From a candidate division WOR-3 bacterium (GTDB taxonomy: Bacteria > Hydrothermota > Tepidihabitantia > B3-TA06): 64,000 nt of DNA. Below, piece by piece: positions 9,220 through 18,386 of the stretch; positions within the stretch are counted from its first letter, which is position 1, and the number at the start of each line of letters is the position of its first letter. The stretch is taken from the NCBI GenBank assembly GCA_016934635.1, contig JAFGSK010000017.1, positions 4,987 to 68,986 of the forward strand, read 5' to 3'. The notes under the pieces were generated by a model that saw nothing but the letters and a program-made list of their open reading frames with translations, did no database searches and was not told where the DNA came from. The translations under genes were made by a program, and so were the position numbers.

Positions 9220-9726
9220 TTTGTTCTTCTTTGTGCGCTTTGCGTTCTTTGTGGTTAGTCCCTGTCCTGCGGATTCGGATTGGGTGGAGGACGGGTTCTC
9301 CAACCCGTCTATAACCTCGTCAATTTCAAGTCCTCAACGTCAAGCCACCCCACACCTTCGCTGCGCGAAGCTACCCCGACCGAAAGAGTTAGAAGCTCGC
9401 TCCGCGAACTTCAACATGCCTGCTGCCTGCCGTCAGCCGGAAGCCAACGGAGTAAGCCCTCATGCATACAGCCGATCCTTCACCCGGCTGCCCATCATCA
9501 GCTTCAAGCAATTTTGAATTTTGCAATTTGCATTTTTAATTTGAAATTGTGACGAAGTCGCGCCGTGTCCCACTTTTGGGGTGTTTTTGTCAGGCTTTTG
9601 TGGCGCTTTTGTCCTGCTTTTGTCATACTTTTTTTGACTCCAAGCACTAAAGCCTGACGCGAAACTGGGGGTTTACAAGAAAGGCGTGGAAGCTTGACCC
9701 CACGCCCCTATTGTATACAATTCAGG

Positions 9727-10698
9727 ATGGGTAATACTGCACACGATGCAGGAAAGACTGCGGTCATTGCCCTGGGGGGAAACGCGCTCATGCGAAAAGA
9801 TGTCAAGTTCGCATCGTTCGAAGAGCAGCGTCGCGTTGTCGAGCAGAGTGCGCGCCAGATTGCCGAGATCATGGATCAAGGCTGGCGCGTGGCAATCACT
9901 CACGGCAACGGCCCCCAGGTAGGCAATCTTCTCCTCATCTCCCACATGGCTCACGAAGAGAACCGTGAGATGCCAGAGATTCCCCTGGACGCGGCAAACG
10001 CAAATACCCAAGGTTCGCTGGGTTACCTGATAGCTCAGGCAGTCAGGAACGCCTCCACGGATAACGGCGAGCGCCGGGAGATAGCCGCGGTGGTTACCCA
10101 GGTTGTGGTTGATCCGAGGGACCCCGCGTTCTACAACCCGACCAAGTTCGTGGGTCCGGCATACGGAATTGAGGAAGCGAATGAACTATCTATCCGATTG
10201 GGATGGAAGATGAAGGAAGACAGAGGCAGGGGTTGGCGCAGGGTTGTCGCATCACCCAAGCCGCTTGACATCGTCGAAATTGCAACTATAAATAAACTAA
10301 TGAATCAAGGGGTATCCGTAGTTACCGTGGGAGGCGGAGGCATACCGGTAGTTAGGGAAGGAAAGCACCTAAAAGGGATTGCCGCGGTAATAGACAAGGA
10401 TAGGGCATCTGCGCTGCTTGCAACGAACCTGGGGGTTCAGCTCCTGGCGATGATAACCCAGGTCTCCAACGTGTATCTTGATTTCAGTAAGCCTTTGCAG
10501 CGGACGGTGGAAAAGATGCGCGTTGACGAGGCTAGAGGTTATCTCGATAAAGGTCAGTTTCCCCAGGGCAGCATGGGGCCGAAGATAGAGGCGGCTATTA
10601 GTTTTTTAAAGAATGGGGGCAGCGAAGTGCTGATAACCAGCCCGGAGAATATCACCGAAGGTTTTCGAGGCAGGAAGGGAACGAGGATTGTATCGTGA
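9727..10698 (+). CDS. arcC: Carbamate kinase
   Basis: MGNTAHDAGKTAVIALGGNALM...GWRVAITHGNGPQVGNLLL... canonical carbamate kinase N-terminus; the ORF extends upstream to 9694, but the conserved start is at 9727. Confidence 0.85.
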   Translation: MGNTAHDAGKTAVIALGGNALMRKDVKFASFEEQRRVVEQSARQIAEIMDQGWRVAITHGNGPQVGNLLLISHMAHEENREMPEIPLDAANANTQGSLGYLIAQAVRNASTDNGERREIAAVVTQVVVDPRDPAFYNPTKFVGPAYGIEEANELSIRLGWKMKEDRGRGWRRVVASPKPLDIVEIATINKLMNQGVSVVTVGGGGIPVVREGKHLKGIAAVIDKDRASALLATNLGVQLLAMITQVSNVYLDFSKPLQRTVEKMRVDEARGYLDKGQFPQGSMGPKIEAAISFLKNGGSEVLITSPENITEGFRGRKGTRIVS

Positions 10699-11912
10699 AC
10701 TGCTTGCTTGTTATCGGATTGATTGGCAAACTGCTAATCCCGATGGACCTTGCCCAGACCAATCACCTCAAGGCATACGGTGTCGCTTATCACGCCCTCG
10801 AGCAGGGCGAAAAGGTTGAATGGTTGCTAAACTATAGGGGTGGTTCGTTCCTTATGCCCTCGTCGAAGAAGATCCTTGAGGAATGCCTGCTTGCAGGAAT
10901 CAAGGTTGAAGAGATCGACGTAGGTCAGGAGGCCGCGATTCGCGAGGTTATCGAGGAATCCAACATGAACGCGGTAATCCTCGAGAAGCCGCCTGAGATT
11001 GCGGTATACGTCCCTCCAACTGCCGACCCTTGGGATGATGCCGTACGGTTGGCGCTTGATTATGCCGAGATTCCTTATGAGGCGCTCTGGGATCCCGAGG
11101 TACTTGCAGGCAAGCTATCCGACTACGATTGGGTTCACCTTCACCATGAGGATTTCACCGGCCAGTACGGCAAGTTCTACTACAACTTCCGGACGGCTGA
11201 CTGGTATCAGGAACAGGTCAAGCTTAACGAAAAAACTGCAGGCAAGTTGGGATTCGCGACTGTGCCCGATCTCAAGCTTGCGGTAGCAAAAGAGATAAAG
11301 AAATACGTACTCGAGGGCGGATTCCTGTTCGCGATGTGTTCCGCATCCGACACCTACGATATTGCCCTGGCAGCTGACGGTACCGATATAGTCGACCAGG
11401 TTCTGGACGGAACCCCGATTGACAAGAACATCACACTCGACTATTCACGCTGCTTTGCTTTCACAGATTTCACCCTGGAAACCAATCCCTATGTCTACGA
11501 GCATTCGGACATCGACGTGGGTGAGTCTGCGGTCCTTAGAGGTGAGAATACGGTATTCGCGCTCTTTGACTTCTCGGCCAAGTTCGATCCGGTTCCGTGC
11601 ATGCTCGTTCAGGATCACACCGCCCTGGTCCCGGAGTTCCTGGGGCAGAACACCGGATTCAACCGGAATTTTGTAAAGTCGGACGTACTTATCATGGGAG
11701 AGGTAAAGGGAACCGAAGAGGTGAAATACATCCACGGGAACCGGGGCGAGGGTACGTTTACCTTTCTCGGTGGGCATGACCCCGAGGATTACGCGCACAG
11801 GATAGGAGATCCTCCGACCGATCTGGAGGTGTTCAGGAATTCACCTGGATACAGGTTGATCTTGAACAACGTACTGTTCCCGGCAGCGGAGAAGAAACCT
11901 TTGAAGACTTGA
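10695..11912 (+). CDS. Hypothetical protein (405 aa); start overlaps the arcC stop, so probably co-transcribed; possibly a glutamine-amidotransferase-like or DUF-type fold, not recognised with confidence
   Basis: Long ORF with coding-like composition; start overlaps the arcC stop; no motif I can name reliably. Confidence 0.5.
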   Translation: MNCLLVIGLIGKLLIPMDLAQTNHLKAYGVAYHALEQGEKVEWLLNYRGGSFLMPSSKKILEECLLAGIKVEEIDVGQEAAIREVIEESNMNAVILEKPPEIAVYVPPTADPWDDAVRLALDYAEIPYEALWDPEVLAGKLSDYDWVHLHHEDFTGQYGKFYYNFRTADWYQEQVKLNEKTAGKLGFATVPDLKLAVAKEIKKYVLEGGFLFAMCSASDTYDIALAADGTDIVDQVLDGTPIDKNITLDYSRCFAFTDFTLETNPYVYEHSDIDVGESAVLRGENTVFALFDFSAKFDPVPCMLVQDHTALVPEFLGQNTGFNRNFVKSDVLIMGEVKGTEEVKYIHGNRGEGTFTFLGGHDPEDYAHRIGDPPTDLEVFRNSPGYRLILNNVLFPAAEKKPLKT

Positions 11913-11992
11913 CGACGATCTGAAGAGGTTAAAGGGAGTTAAAAGATAGAATCATCCTTAATTAGAGGAATAATCACAACAAACCTGAGAGG

Positions 11993-12871
11993 TTGAAGTT
12001 GAAATCAGATCCAAGATGTACGCCGTGCCTTGTGAGACAGCTTGAACGAAGTGCGAAGGCAATGCAGCTTACTTCTGAGGCCTACGACGAGCTTCTTGCC
12101 AAGGCGCGCAAGGTTGTCCCTAATATACCTCTCAGCCTGCCGCCCAACATCTACTCTACGCGTTTGCTCGAGTTGATATACTCGGATGGCGCCGATCCGT
12201 ACAAGGAGGAGAAGGCCAAGCACAACGAAGAGGTTCAACAGATACTGCCCATCGTTCGCAAGATTATAGAGAAATCCCAAGATCCGCGCAGGACCGCACT
12301 TCTTGCAGCCTCACTAGGGAATGTAATCGATCTCGGTACCCAGGAGCATATCGATACATATCAGGTAAAGGATTTCCTGCGCGAAGCGACATTCGAGCGC
12401 GACGACTCCGCGAAGCTCCTCGGGCGACTGGACGAAGCCCAAACGCTCGTCTACGTGGTTGACAACACGGGTGAGGTTCTTTTGGACCGCTTGTGCGCGG
12501 AGTATCTTGCTGTTCCTGACACTTACTTCATCGCGAAGGAAAAGCCTATCCTGAACGACGTTACGGTTGGTGAACTTATCGATCTGGGGTTCCCGGAAGA
12601 TAAGGTGCTTTCCACAGGCTCGAACGATCTGGGCATCAACTGGCAGACCTTGAATCCTGAGGCGAGGGAACTCATGAAAAATGCGGACGCGGTTATTGCC
12701 AAAGGCCACGCCAACTTCGAGAGTTTTATAGACGGTCCCCAGGAGGCGTTTCTGGTGCTGAAGGTCAAGTGCAATGTGGTCGCGGAGAAGATTCGTGAGG
12801 ACCCAGGTTCCCTTATCTGCATGCATTATTCGCCACAGATCAATGCAAGGCATTCTTTCGGGAACTCATGA
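11993..12871 (+). CDS. DUF89 / ARMT1-like damage-control phosphatase family protein
   Basis: N-terminal ...DPRCTPCLVRQL... Cys pair and ...LVYVVDNTGEVLLDRL... motif characteristic of DUF89; TTG start (11993 or 11999). Confidence 0.55.
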   Translation: MKLKSDPRCTPCLVRQLERSAKAMQLTSEAYDELLAKARKVVPNIPLSLPPNIYSTRLLELIYSDGADPYKEEKAKHNEEVQQILPIVRKIIEKSQDPRRTALLAASLGNVIDLGTQEHIDTYQVKDFLREATFERDDSAKLLGRLDEAQTLVYVVDNTGEVLLDRLCAEYLAVPDTYFIAKEKPILNDVTVGELIDLGFPEDKVLSTGSNDLGINWQTLNPEARELMKNADAVIAKGHANFESFIDGPQEAFLVLKVKCNVVAEKIREDPGSLICMHYSPQINARHSFGNS

Positions 12872-12930
12872 TAATTAGGTTGGTTACTTATTAATCACTC
12901 TACTTTTTATAGCGCTGGCCTTTATCTTTC

Positions 12931-13329
12931 CTAATCTTCTGCCCCCTTTAATACAGGCGGTAACTCGGCAAGATGATGTCCGCTTTTTTTTATTAGATGT
13001 TCGTGAAACGGTCCGTGGAGGTAATAAAGGTTACCCCACCTTACCATTGCATACCAATCATTATTGTAGGGTAATAAATCATTCCGATCGTAACGAAAAA
13101 CATTCCATCCGCCTATTTGTACGACTCCCTGATAGGGTGGGATGTATCCATTATGCACCCAAGGATGAAAACAGCCGCCACTTGCTATCGCACCCTCGAA
13201 CTTATATGGAGGCATGTTTTTGGTCAAAGGGTAAACGTCTTCGTGATTGAGAAGCACCTCTTTTCGATCGTAATAAGTTATTCTCTCAGCTGTATCTGAA
13301 GAGATGGGTGTAAACATCTTTCTTGACAT
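12931..13329 (-). CDS. Hypothetical Tyr/Trp/Pro-rich small protein (132 aa) in an AT-rich islet
   Basis: ORF in a locally AT-rich segment (12872-13440); two YYDR/RYDR-centred half-repeats; no recognised family. Confidence 0.4.
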   Translation of the reverse strand: MSRKMFTPISSDTAERITYYDRKEVLLNHEDVYPLTKNMPPYKFEGAIASGGCFHPWVHNGYIPPYQGVVQIGGWNVFRYDRNDLLPYNNDWYAMVRWGNLYYLHGPFHEHLIKKSGHHLAELPPVLKGAED

Positions 13330-13439
13330 ATTCTAATTATAGATTTTGAGCTGTCAGCGCCAAGCTGCTTTCTGATCTTTTGTTACGTCATCAACTACAA
13401 TTCTTGACATTATCAGCATTCCCTTTAATGTTATGACTT

Positions 13440-14123
13440 GTGAAAATAATATTATTCGACATCGACGGTACGCTCCTCAAAGCAGGCGGGATCGTGCGGG
13501 AGGCCATGGGAGACGCGTTACAGAAGGTGTTCGGGACAAGAGGAGGCATAATCGACGCATCGTTCATCGGTGCCACCGACCTTGGTGTCGTTCACGAACT
13601 AATGGGCAGGGAAGGATTCTCACTTGAAGAAATTGATGCAAGATTCTCCGCTTTGATTGAGACTTACGGTCCAATCCTGGCTGAAAAACTGGCTACCTGG
13701 GATAATTTCCGGCTGTGCCCGGGGATCCCTTTGATACTGGAAAGATTGCAGGAAGATGCCTCGATGCTCGGTCTGGTCACCGGAAACTGCAAACCAGGGG
13801 CAATGGTTAAACTGAAGAGGGGCGGTCTTACCGATTATTTCACCTTCGGCGCATACGGAGACGAGAGTTCCGATCGCACGGCGATCACGAGACTCGCCCA
13901 CGAACGCGGGGAAAACGAAGCAGGCTATGAGATTCCGAGAGATCAAGTAATCCTGGTCGGCGATTCCCCGAACGACATCAAGGCGGCACATGAGTACGGG
14001 ATAAGGGTTCTGGCGGTATACTCGGGTTGGACGCCCAAACAGGAGCTCGAAGAGTTGAAGCCGACCTGGCTCTATCCTGATCTTGCCGATACCGAAGAAA
14101 TCCTTGGATTGCTTCTGTCCTGA
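13440..14123 (+). CDS. HAD-superfamily hydrolase (phosphoglycolate-phosphatase-like)
   Basis: GTG start; ILFDIDGTLL (DxDGT motif I), ...VTGN... and ...VGDSPNDI... motifs. Confidence 0.75.
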   Translation: MKIILFDIDGTLLKAGGIVREAMGDALQKVFGTRGGIIDASFIGATDLGVVHELMGREGFSLEEIDARFSALIETYGPILAEKLATWDNFRLCPGIPLILERLQEDASMLGLVTGNCKPGAMVKLKRGGLTDYFTFGAYGDESSDRTAITRLAHERGENEAGYEIPRDQVILVGDSPNDIKAAHEYGIRVLAVYSGWTPKQELEELKPTWLYPDLADTEEILGLLLS

Positions 14124-14249
14124 AACAAATGGATTATCCGCAGATTCACTCCGACTCAAGGATCCCACTCATTAAGGGATTAGAAGCGGTGTAACCGTAA
14201 GGTTGACGACTGGAAGGAGTTCAAATCTGTGTAATCTGTGGTTTGTTAA

Positions 14250-14882
14250 TTATAACTTTTTCAGCTTGAACAACATGGCAAGAGAGAAATAGTAGAGAAG
14301 GGGGGTTTTATACAGAGGCAACCTACTGAATCTTCCCGGGATCAAGGTATGCATCAGGGCTTCCTGGATTGTGAAGTGAGATGAAAGGAGTGATGTAATC
14401 TGAGGAGGCTTGAATCGGTGAAGGTGAAGGTTGCGGAAGCGCAGCCACCCTGCGAACGCCGTATCGCCCCGGATGCGCTCGCATGGTACGACGATAACCG
14501 CCTGACCTTTGGGTTTCAAGACCCGGGCCATTTCCTCAACTGCTCTCACAGGATCGGGTAAGTGCTCGAGTAAATGGACTGAAAGCACCTTGTCAAAGAA
14601 CCTATCCTTGTACGGCAGTTCGCATGCATCGCCGAGCGTGAGGTTTGTGCCTGACCCGGATCTCTTTCCTTCTTCTACTGCTAAAGCATCTGAATCGACA
14701 CCAAATAACTCAGTACCTGTATCCATATACCTCTCGATGCGGTAACCTGAAGACGCCCCGACCTCAAGAACTCTCTCGCCCGGCTGTGGATTAAGTAGTT
14801 TATCGATCATCCTGGCCTCGGCTACCCCCCAGGGCAGAAGCCCCACACCTAGCCTGCGGCGTATTCGGTGCACTGATGACAT
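14250..14882 (-). CDS. Class I SAM-dependent methyltransferase
   Basis: ...ERVLEVGASSGY... (motif I), ...FDKVLSVHLLEHL...; Methyltransf_11-like. Confidence 0.7.
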   Translation of the reverse strand: MSSVHRIRRRLGVGLLPWGVAEARMIDKLLNPQPGERVLEVGASSGYRIERYMDTGTELFGVDSDALAVEEGKRSGSGTNLTLGDACELPYKDRFFDKVLSVHLLEHLPDPVRAVEEMARVLKPKGQAVIVVPCERIRGDTAFAGWLRFRNLHLHRFKPPQITSLLSSHFTIQEALMHTLIPGRFSRLPLYKTPLLYYFSLAMLFKLKKL

Positions 14883-14917
14883 CCTGAATTCTACTTTACA
14901 TCTGCGCTGTGTAAACC

Positions 14918-14946
14918 TTGACAGGCTGAGTCAGAAGGAATACTAT
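14918..14946 (+). promoter_or_regulatory. sigma70-like promoter TTGACA-N17-TACTAT upstream of the 14979 gene
   Basis: TTGACA 14918-14923; TACTAT 14941-14946. Confidence 0.35.
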
Positions 14947-14978
14947 ATCGACGTAAATCTCTTGACTTTGGAGGAGAC

Positions 14979-15767
14979 ATGTTCAAAAGCGGTATCGCCC
15001 TTGTATTTACTTTTTTTACCCTCCCACTATTGGCTATTGACGTGGAGCTTATCTACGACGATGGGGAACCGGACGGCTCAGTGACATGGCAAGAAGGTGT
15101 AATTGCCGCGGTAAGGATGAGCGCACCTGAAGGCACCTGGAAGCTTAAAGGGGCCAGCTATTACCTTTACGGAGGTAAAGGAAAGATAAGGGTCTTTGCC
15201 GACGAAGCAGGTTTTCCGGGAAATGACATTATAGAAGCCCTCCCTGTAAGCTACGAGGAAGAGCCGGACTGGTATTATGTCGACTTGACTGAGTTCGATA
15301 TTATTATTACCGGCGACTTTTATGTAGGCGTAGAAGTCCTTGAGGGTATAAACCTAATCAGGTTAGGTCACGATTTTTTAGATGGAGGAAACGGACGCAC
15401 GTGGAATTACGTGCCCCAAGGAGGATGGATTCAAGATCCAGACTACACCTTATTCATAAGAGCCACGGTCACTAATGAAGTTGGAGTAGAGGATGAACTT
15501 ACACCTGAACCTGCAATATGGACTGCGATTCCCGGAGTCATTTCCAATTCAACCGTATTAAACTACACCCTGCAAGGATCAGGCAACGTTAAAATTGAAA
15601 TCTACGATGCCTGCGGCAGGTGCGTGCATATTCTTGTCGACGGATATCAAACCAAGGGTTATCACAACATCCAGTGGAATGTCAAATCGCTTCCAACCGG
15701 AGTCTATTTCGTGTGCCTTACAGTTGGGGATTGCCACAGGGTGGATAAAATAGCGTTTATCCGCTAG
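14979..15767 (+). CDS. Secreted hypothetical protein with N-terminal signal peptide and T9SS C-terminal sorting domain
   Basis: MFKSGIALVFTFFTLPLLA signal; C-terminus ...LNYTLQGSGNVKIEIYDACGRCVHILVDGYQTKGYHNIQWNVKSLPTGVYFVCLTVGD...IAFIR matches Por_Secre_tail/T9SS type-A CTD. Confidence 0.6.
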   Translation: MFKSGIALVFTFFTLPLLAIDVELIYDDGEPDGSVTWQEGVIAAVRMSAPEGTWKLKGASYYLYGGKGKIRVFADEAGFPGNDIIEALPVSYEEEPDWYYVDLTEFDIIITGDFYVGVEVLEGINLIRLGHDFLDGGNGRTWNYVPQGGWIQDPDYTLFIRATVTNEVGVEDELTPEPAIWTAIPGVISNSTVLNYTLQGSGNVKIEIYDACGRCVHILVDGYQTKGYHNIQWNVKSLPTGVYFVCLTVGDCHRVDKIAFIR

Positions 15768-15777
15768 GTTAAAACCC

Positions 15778-15805
15778 TTGACAAACCAGGATGTGTAGTT
15801 ACTAT
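15778..15805 (+). promoter_or_regulatory. sigma70-like promoter TTGACA-N16-TACTAT upstream of the first BNR-repeat gene
   Basis: TTGACA 15778-15783; TACTAT 15800-15805; RBS GAGAGGAGG before the ATG at 15838. Confidence 0.35.
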
Positions 15806-15837
15806 ATTAAAAACATTAAATCGAGAGGAGGTCAAGT

Positions 15838-18159
15838 ATGGCCATTGCTTGTATTAAATCCAACAGGAGAAGATGGATTATCTGGGGCGCGGCGTTACTA
15901 AGTATAATTTTACTTACTCCTTCGGCTAACGCCCTTCTTTGGGGACCCGAGATAAAAGTTACCCGGAATACTCTCGGCCACTATTTTTCCCCTAATAATG
16001 CCTGGAATGTAGCGGCATTCGGAGACAGCGTTTATATCGTATGTCACGATGATCGGGATGGTCCGGACAGGCTCTATTACAGCTTCTCGTCTGACCGGGG
16101 GACGTTCTGGCTGCCAGACGACATGCTCGTAGGAGATGGACTAAACCCCTCGATAGATGCCTCAAGTAACAACGTCCACATCGTGGCTATGTATGACGAC
16201 GGCACCGGGATTTATGATGTCGTCTATTACCGTTCCTTAGATAACGGGGAAACCTGGTCGAGCATGGTTAATCTTTCCAATCTGGCAGCAAGTCAAATTA
16301 ATTCTAAGAACCCATCTATAGTTGTAGCCGGTAACAACCTTCACGTAGTATGGGAAGAAGAAGGCGACATCAAGTACGCCCTTTCAACCAATAACGGAGA
16401 CAGCTGGGATACGACCATGATTGTATCCGGCGCTTCGGCTTCGATCTACCCCTCTGTCGCTTTATCCGGAGGCGATGTGCACGTTGTATGGTGCGATGAC
16501 AGCCTGGCTGCACAAGAGATATTCTGCATTAACTACGACGGATCTTGGGGTTCAAAGATCCGAGTAAGCATCGACAACAGCAACAACTCCACCTACCCCT
16601 CGGTAGCTGCCTCCGGAGACAATGTACACGTCGTGTGGGAAGACTCACGAGACGGTGCCGCCAAGGTATACTACAATCGTTCCCTTGATAAAGGAGTTAC
16701 ATGGCAGCCCTCGGATCTGCGCTTGATAGATATTAGCTCAGCCGCTGCTGCTTTTCATCCTTCAATAGCTGCTTCAGGTAGCGATGTACATGTGGTTTGG
16801 CATGATGAGCGAAATACCGACGCCGAGATATATTACGACTACTCAGGTAATAACGGAAGCACCTGGGGAGCCGACCAGAGACTGACCAATGCAAGCGCAG
16901 ATTCATACGATCCTTCAGTAACGACTTACGGCAACGAACTTCACTTGGTATGGATAGACGAACGAGAAGACATGGATATCTACTATAGACTAGCCGGTGA
17001 GGCTCAACCCGATAACCATATAAGAAATAATCTCGATACGGATTTTGTCGGTGACGATACGATCAACCTTACAGGTGAGAATCAAACCAAAATCCAAAGC
17101 GTTCGTCCAGGAGACACTGCGATTTATCACATCAAGATTCAAAATGACGGTGGTATACCTGACGTATTCTCTGTAGTCGGTGACAGCAGTATGTACGGCT
17201 GGACTTTACGCTACTTCGACGACACCACCGCAGGTGCTGATATAACCAATGATGTAATCAGCACGGGCTGGCAAACCGTACCGCTTTCCCCTGACAGTTT
17301 CGATTTAATAAGACTTGAGGTATTCGCAGCAATTGAGCCGGATAGTGAAACCTATGGAGTACTTGTGGTTTCTGCGTCCGAAGGCGATACAACAAAAAAA
17401 GATGCGGTCATGGCTGCAACCTCAATCATGGGTGGATTCCAACCCGACGGTATGATTAAAGGTAGAGATGATCCAGAATACGTAGGAAACGGCATTTACA
17501 ATCTAGATGGCACTAATCAAACCAAACATCAGATCGTCAATCCAGGAGATACTGCCGTCTATCATTTGCTTTTCCAGAACGATTCAGAGTACCCTGATCG
17601 GTTTTCGATTACCGGCTCCAGTGGAGGTGCCGGCTGGCAAGTTCATTATTACGATGCCTTAGAAGGAGGCTCTGACATAACAATTCAGATTGTAGCCCTT
17701 GGTTGGACTACGATGTGGCTTGACCCAGACAGCATACGTGCAATGAGGGTTGAACTTGTTGCCCCCTCAACGCCTGCACCTGCATGTGAAGCTTTGATTA
17801 AAGCCGTATCAACCGACACTTCCAAGAAGGATGCGGTTAAGGCAAGCGCCTCCAATACCGCTGTGAGCGAACATCTTCCCCTTGTTTGTACGGAATACTC
17901 CCTGTCTTCTGTTCCCGCTAACAGAGGAGCATTGATCCAGTACGGACTGCCCGAGGCTGGCGTGGTTCAGCTGTTTTTCTACGACACTAAAGGGAGTATA
18001 GTACGAACCCAGGACGCCCGGCGAAGAGAACCAGGTTACTATCAATGGATGTGGGATGGTTACGATAACCAAGGTTTGACCCTACCAAAAGGAGTTTACT
18101 TTTGTGTTTTAAGAACAGAAACACGCTGTCTAAAAAACAAAGTGCTGATCGTTAAGTAA
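15838..18159 (+). CDS. Secreted BNR/Asp-box repeat (sialidase-superfamily beta-propeller) protein with two tandem ~110-aa unknown domains and a T9SS C-terminal sorting domain
   Basis: Asp-box repeats SSDRGTFW, SLDNGETWS, STNNGDSWD, SLDKGVTWQ, SGNNGSTWG with recurring ...VHVVW.D.R. strands; duplicated module ...GDTAIYHI.IQNDG..PD.F...G.....GW.....D...G.DIT...; CTD ...GVYFCVLRTETRCLKNKVLIVK. Confidence 0.7.
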   Translation: MAIACIKSNRRRWIIWGAALLSIILLTPSANALLWGPEIKVTRNTLGHYFSPNNAWNVAAFGDSVYIVCHDDRDGPDRLYYSFSSDRGTFWLPDDMLVGDGLNPSIDASSNNVHIVAMYDDGTGIYDVVYYRSLDNGETWSSMVNLSNLAASQINSKNPSIVVAGNNLHVVWEEEGDIKYALSTNNGDSWDTTMIVSGASASIYPSVALSGGDVHVVWCDDSLAAQEIFCINYDGSWGSKIRVSIDNSNNSTYPSVAASGDNVHVVWEDSRDGAAKVYYNRSLDKGVTWQPSDLRLIDISSAAAAFHPSIAASGSDVHVVWHDERNTDAEIYYDYSGNNGSTWGADQRLTNASADSYDPSVTTYGNELHLVWIDEREDMDIYYRLAGEAQPDNHIRNNLDTDFVGDDTINLTGENQTKIQSVRPGDTAIYHIKIQNDGGIPDVFSVVGDSSMYGWTLRYFDDTTAGADITNDVISTGWQTVPLSPDSFDLIRLEVFAAIEPDSETYGVLVVSASEGDTTKKDAVMAATSIMGGFQPDGMIKGRDDPEYVGNGIYNLDGTNQTKHQIVNPGDTAVYHLLFQNDSEYPDRFSITGSSGGAGWQVHYYDALEGGSDITIQIVALGWTTMWLDPDSIRAMRVELVAPSTPAPACEALIKAVSTDTSKKDAVKASASNTAVSEHLPLVCTEYSLSSVPANRGALIQYGLPEAGVVQLFFYDTKGSIVRTQDARRREPGYYQWMWDGYDNQGLTLPKGVYFCVLRTETRCLKNKVLIVK

Positions 18160-18386
18160 AACGGGATCTCTGAACTCCTGGGAGATCATGAAAAGCATTC
18201 CAAGCCTGAGCACTCAGGGATTTTTCGAACCTTAATATCTATGAATCAAGGTCGAATATCTAAAGATTCATCCAGGATACTGCGAAGGGATACTGTTGTG
18301 AAAACGTCTGATCACCAAGGAGGTATTGACTTACTCCTCTGGGTTCTTATCATAATACATAATTAAAAATCAAGAGGAGGATCAGT

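Noticed and set aside
9131-9552. Overlapping 128-aa and 90-aa plus-strand ORFs in the long non-coding region
   Set aside because: They have low-complexity Ala/Ser/Pro-rich translations, no RBS and no family resemblance. The region is better explained as repeat-rich non-coding DNA.
12314-12853. 179-aa minus-strand ORF
   Set aside because: Antisense to the DUF89-family gene, which has recognisable family motifs; the frame is kept open by codon bias of the sense gene.
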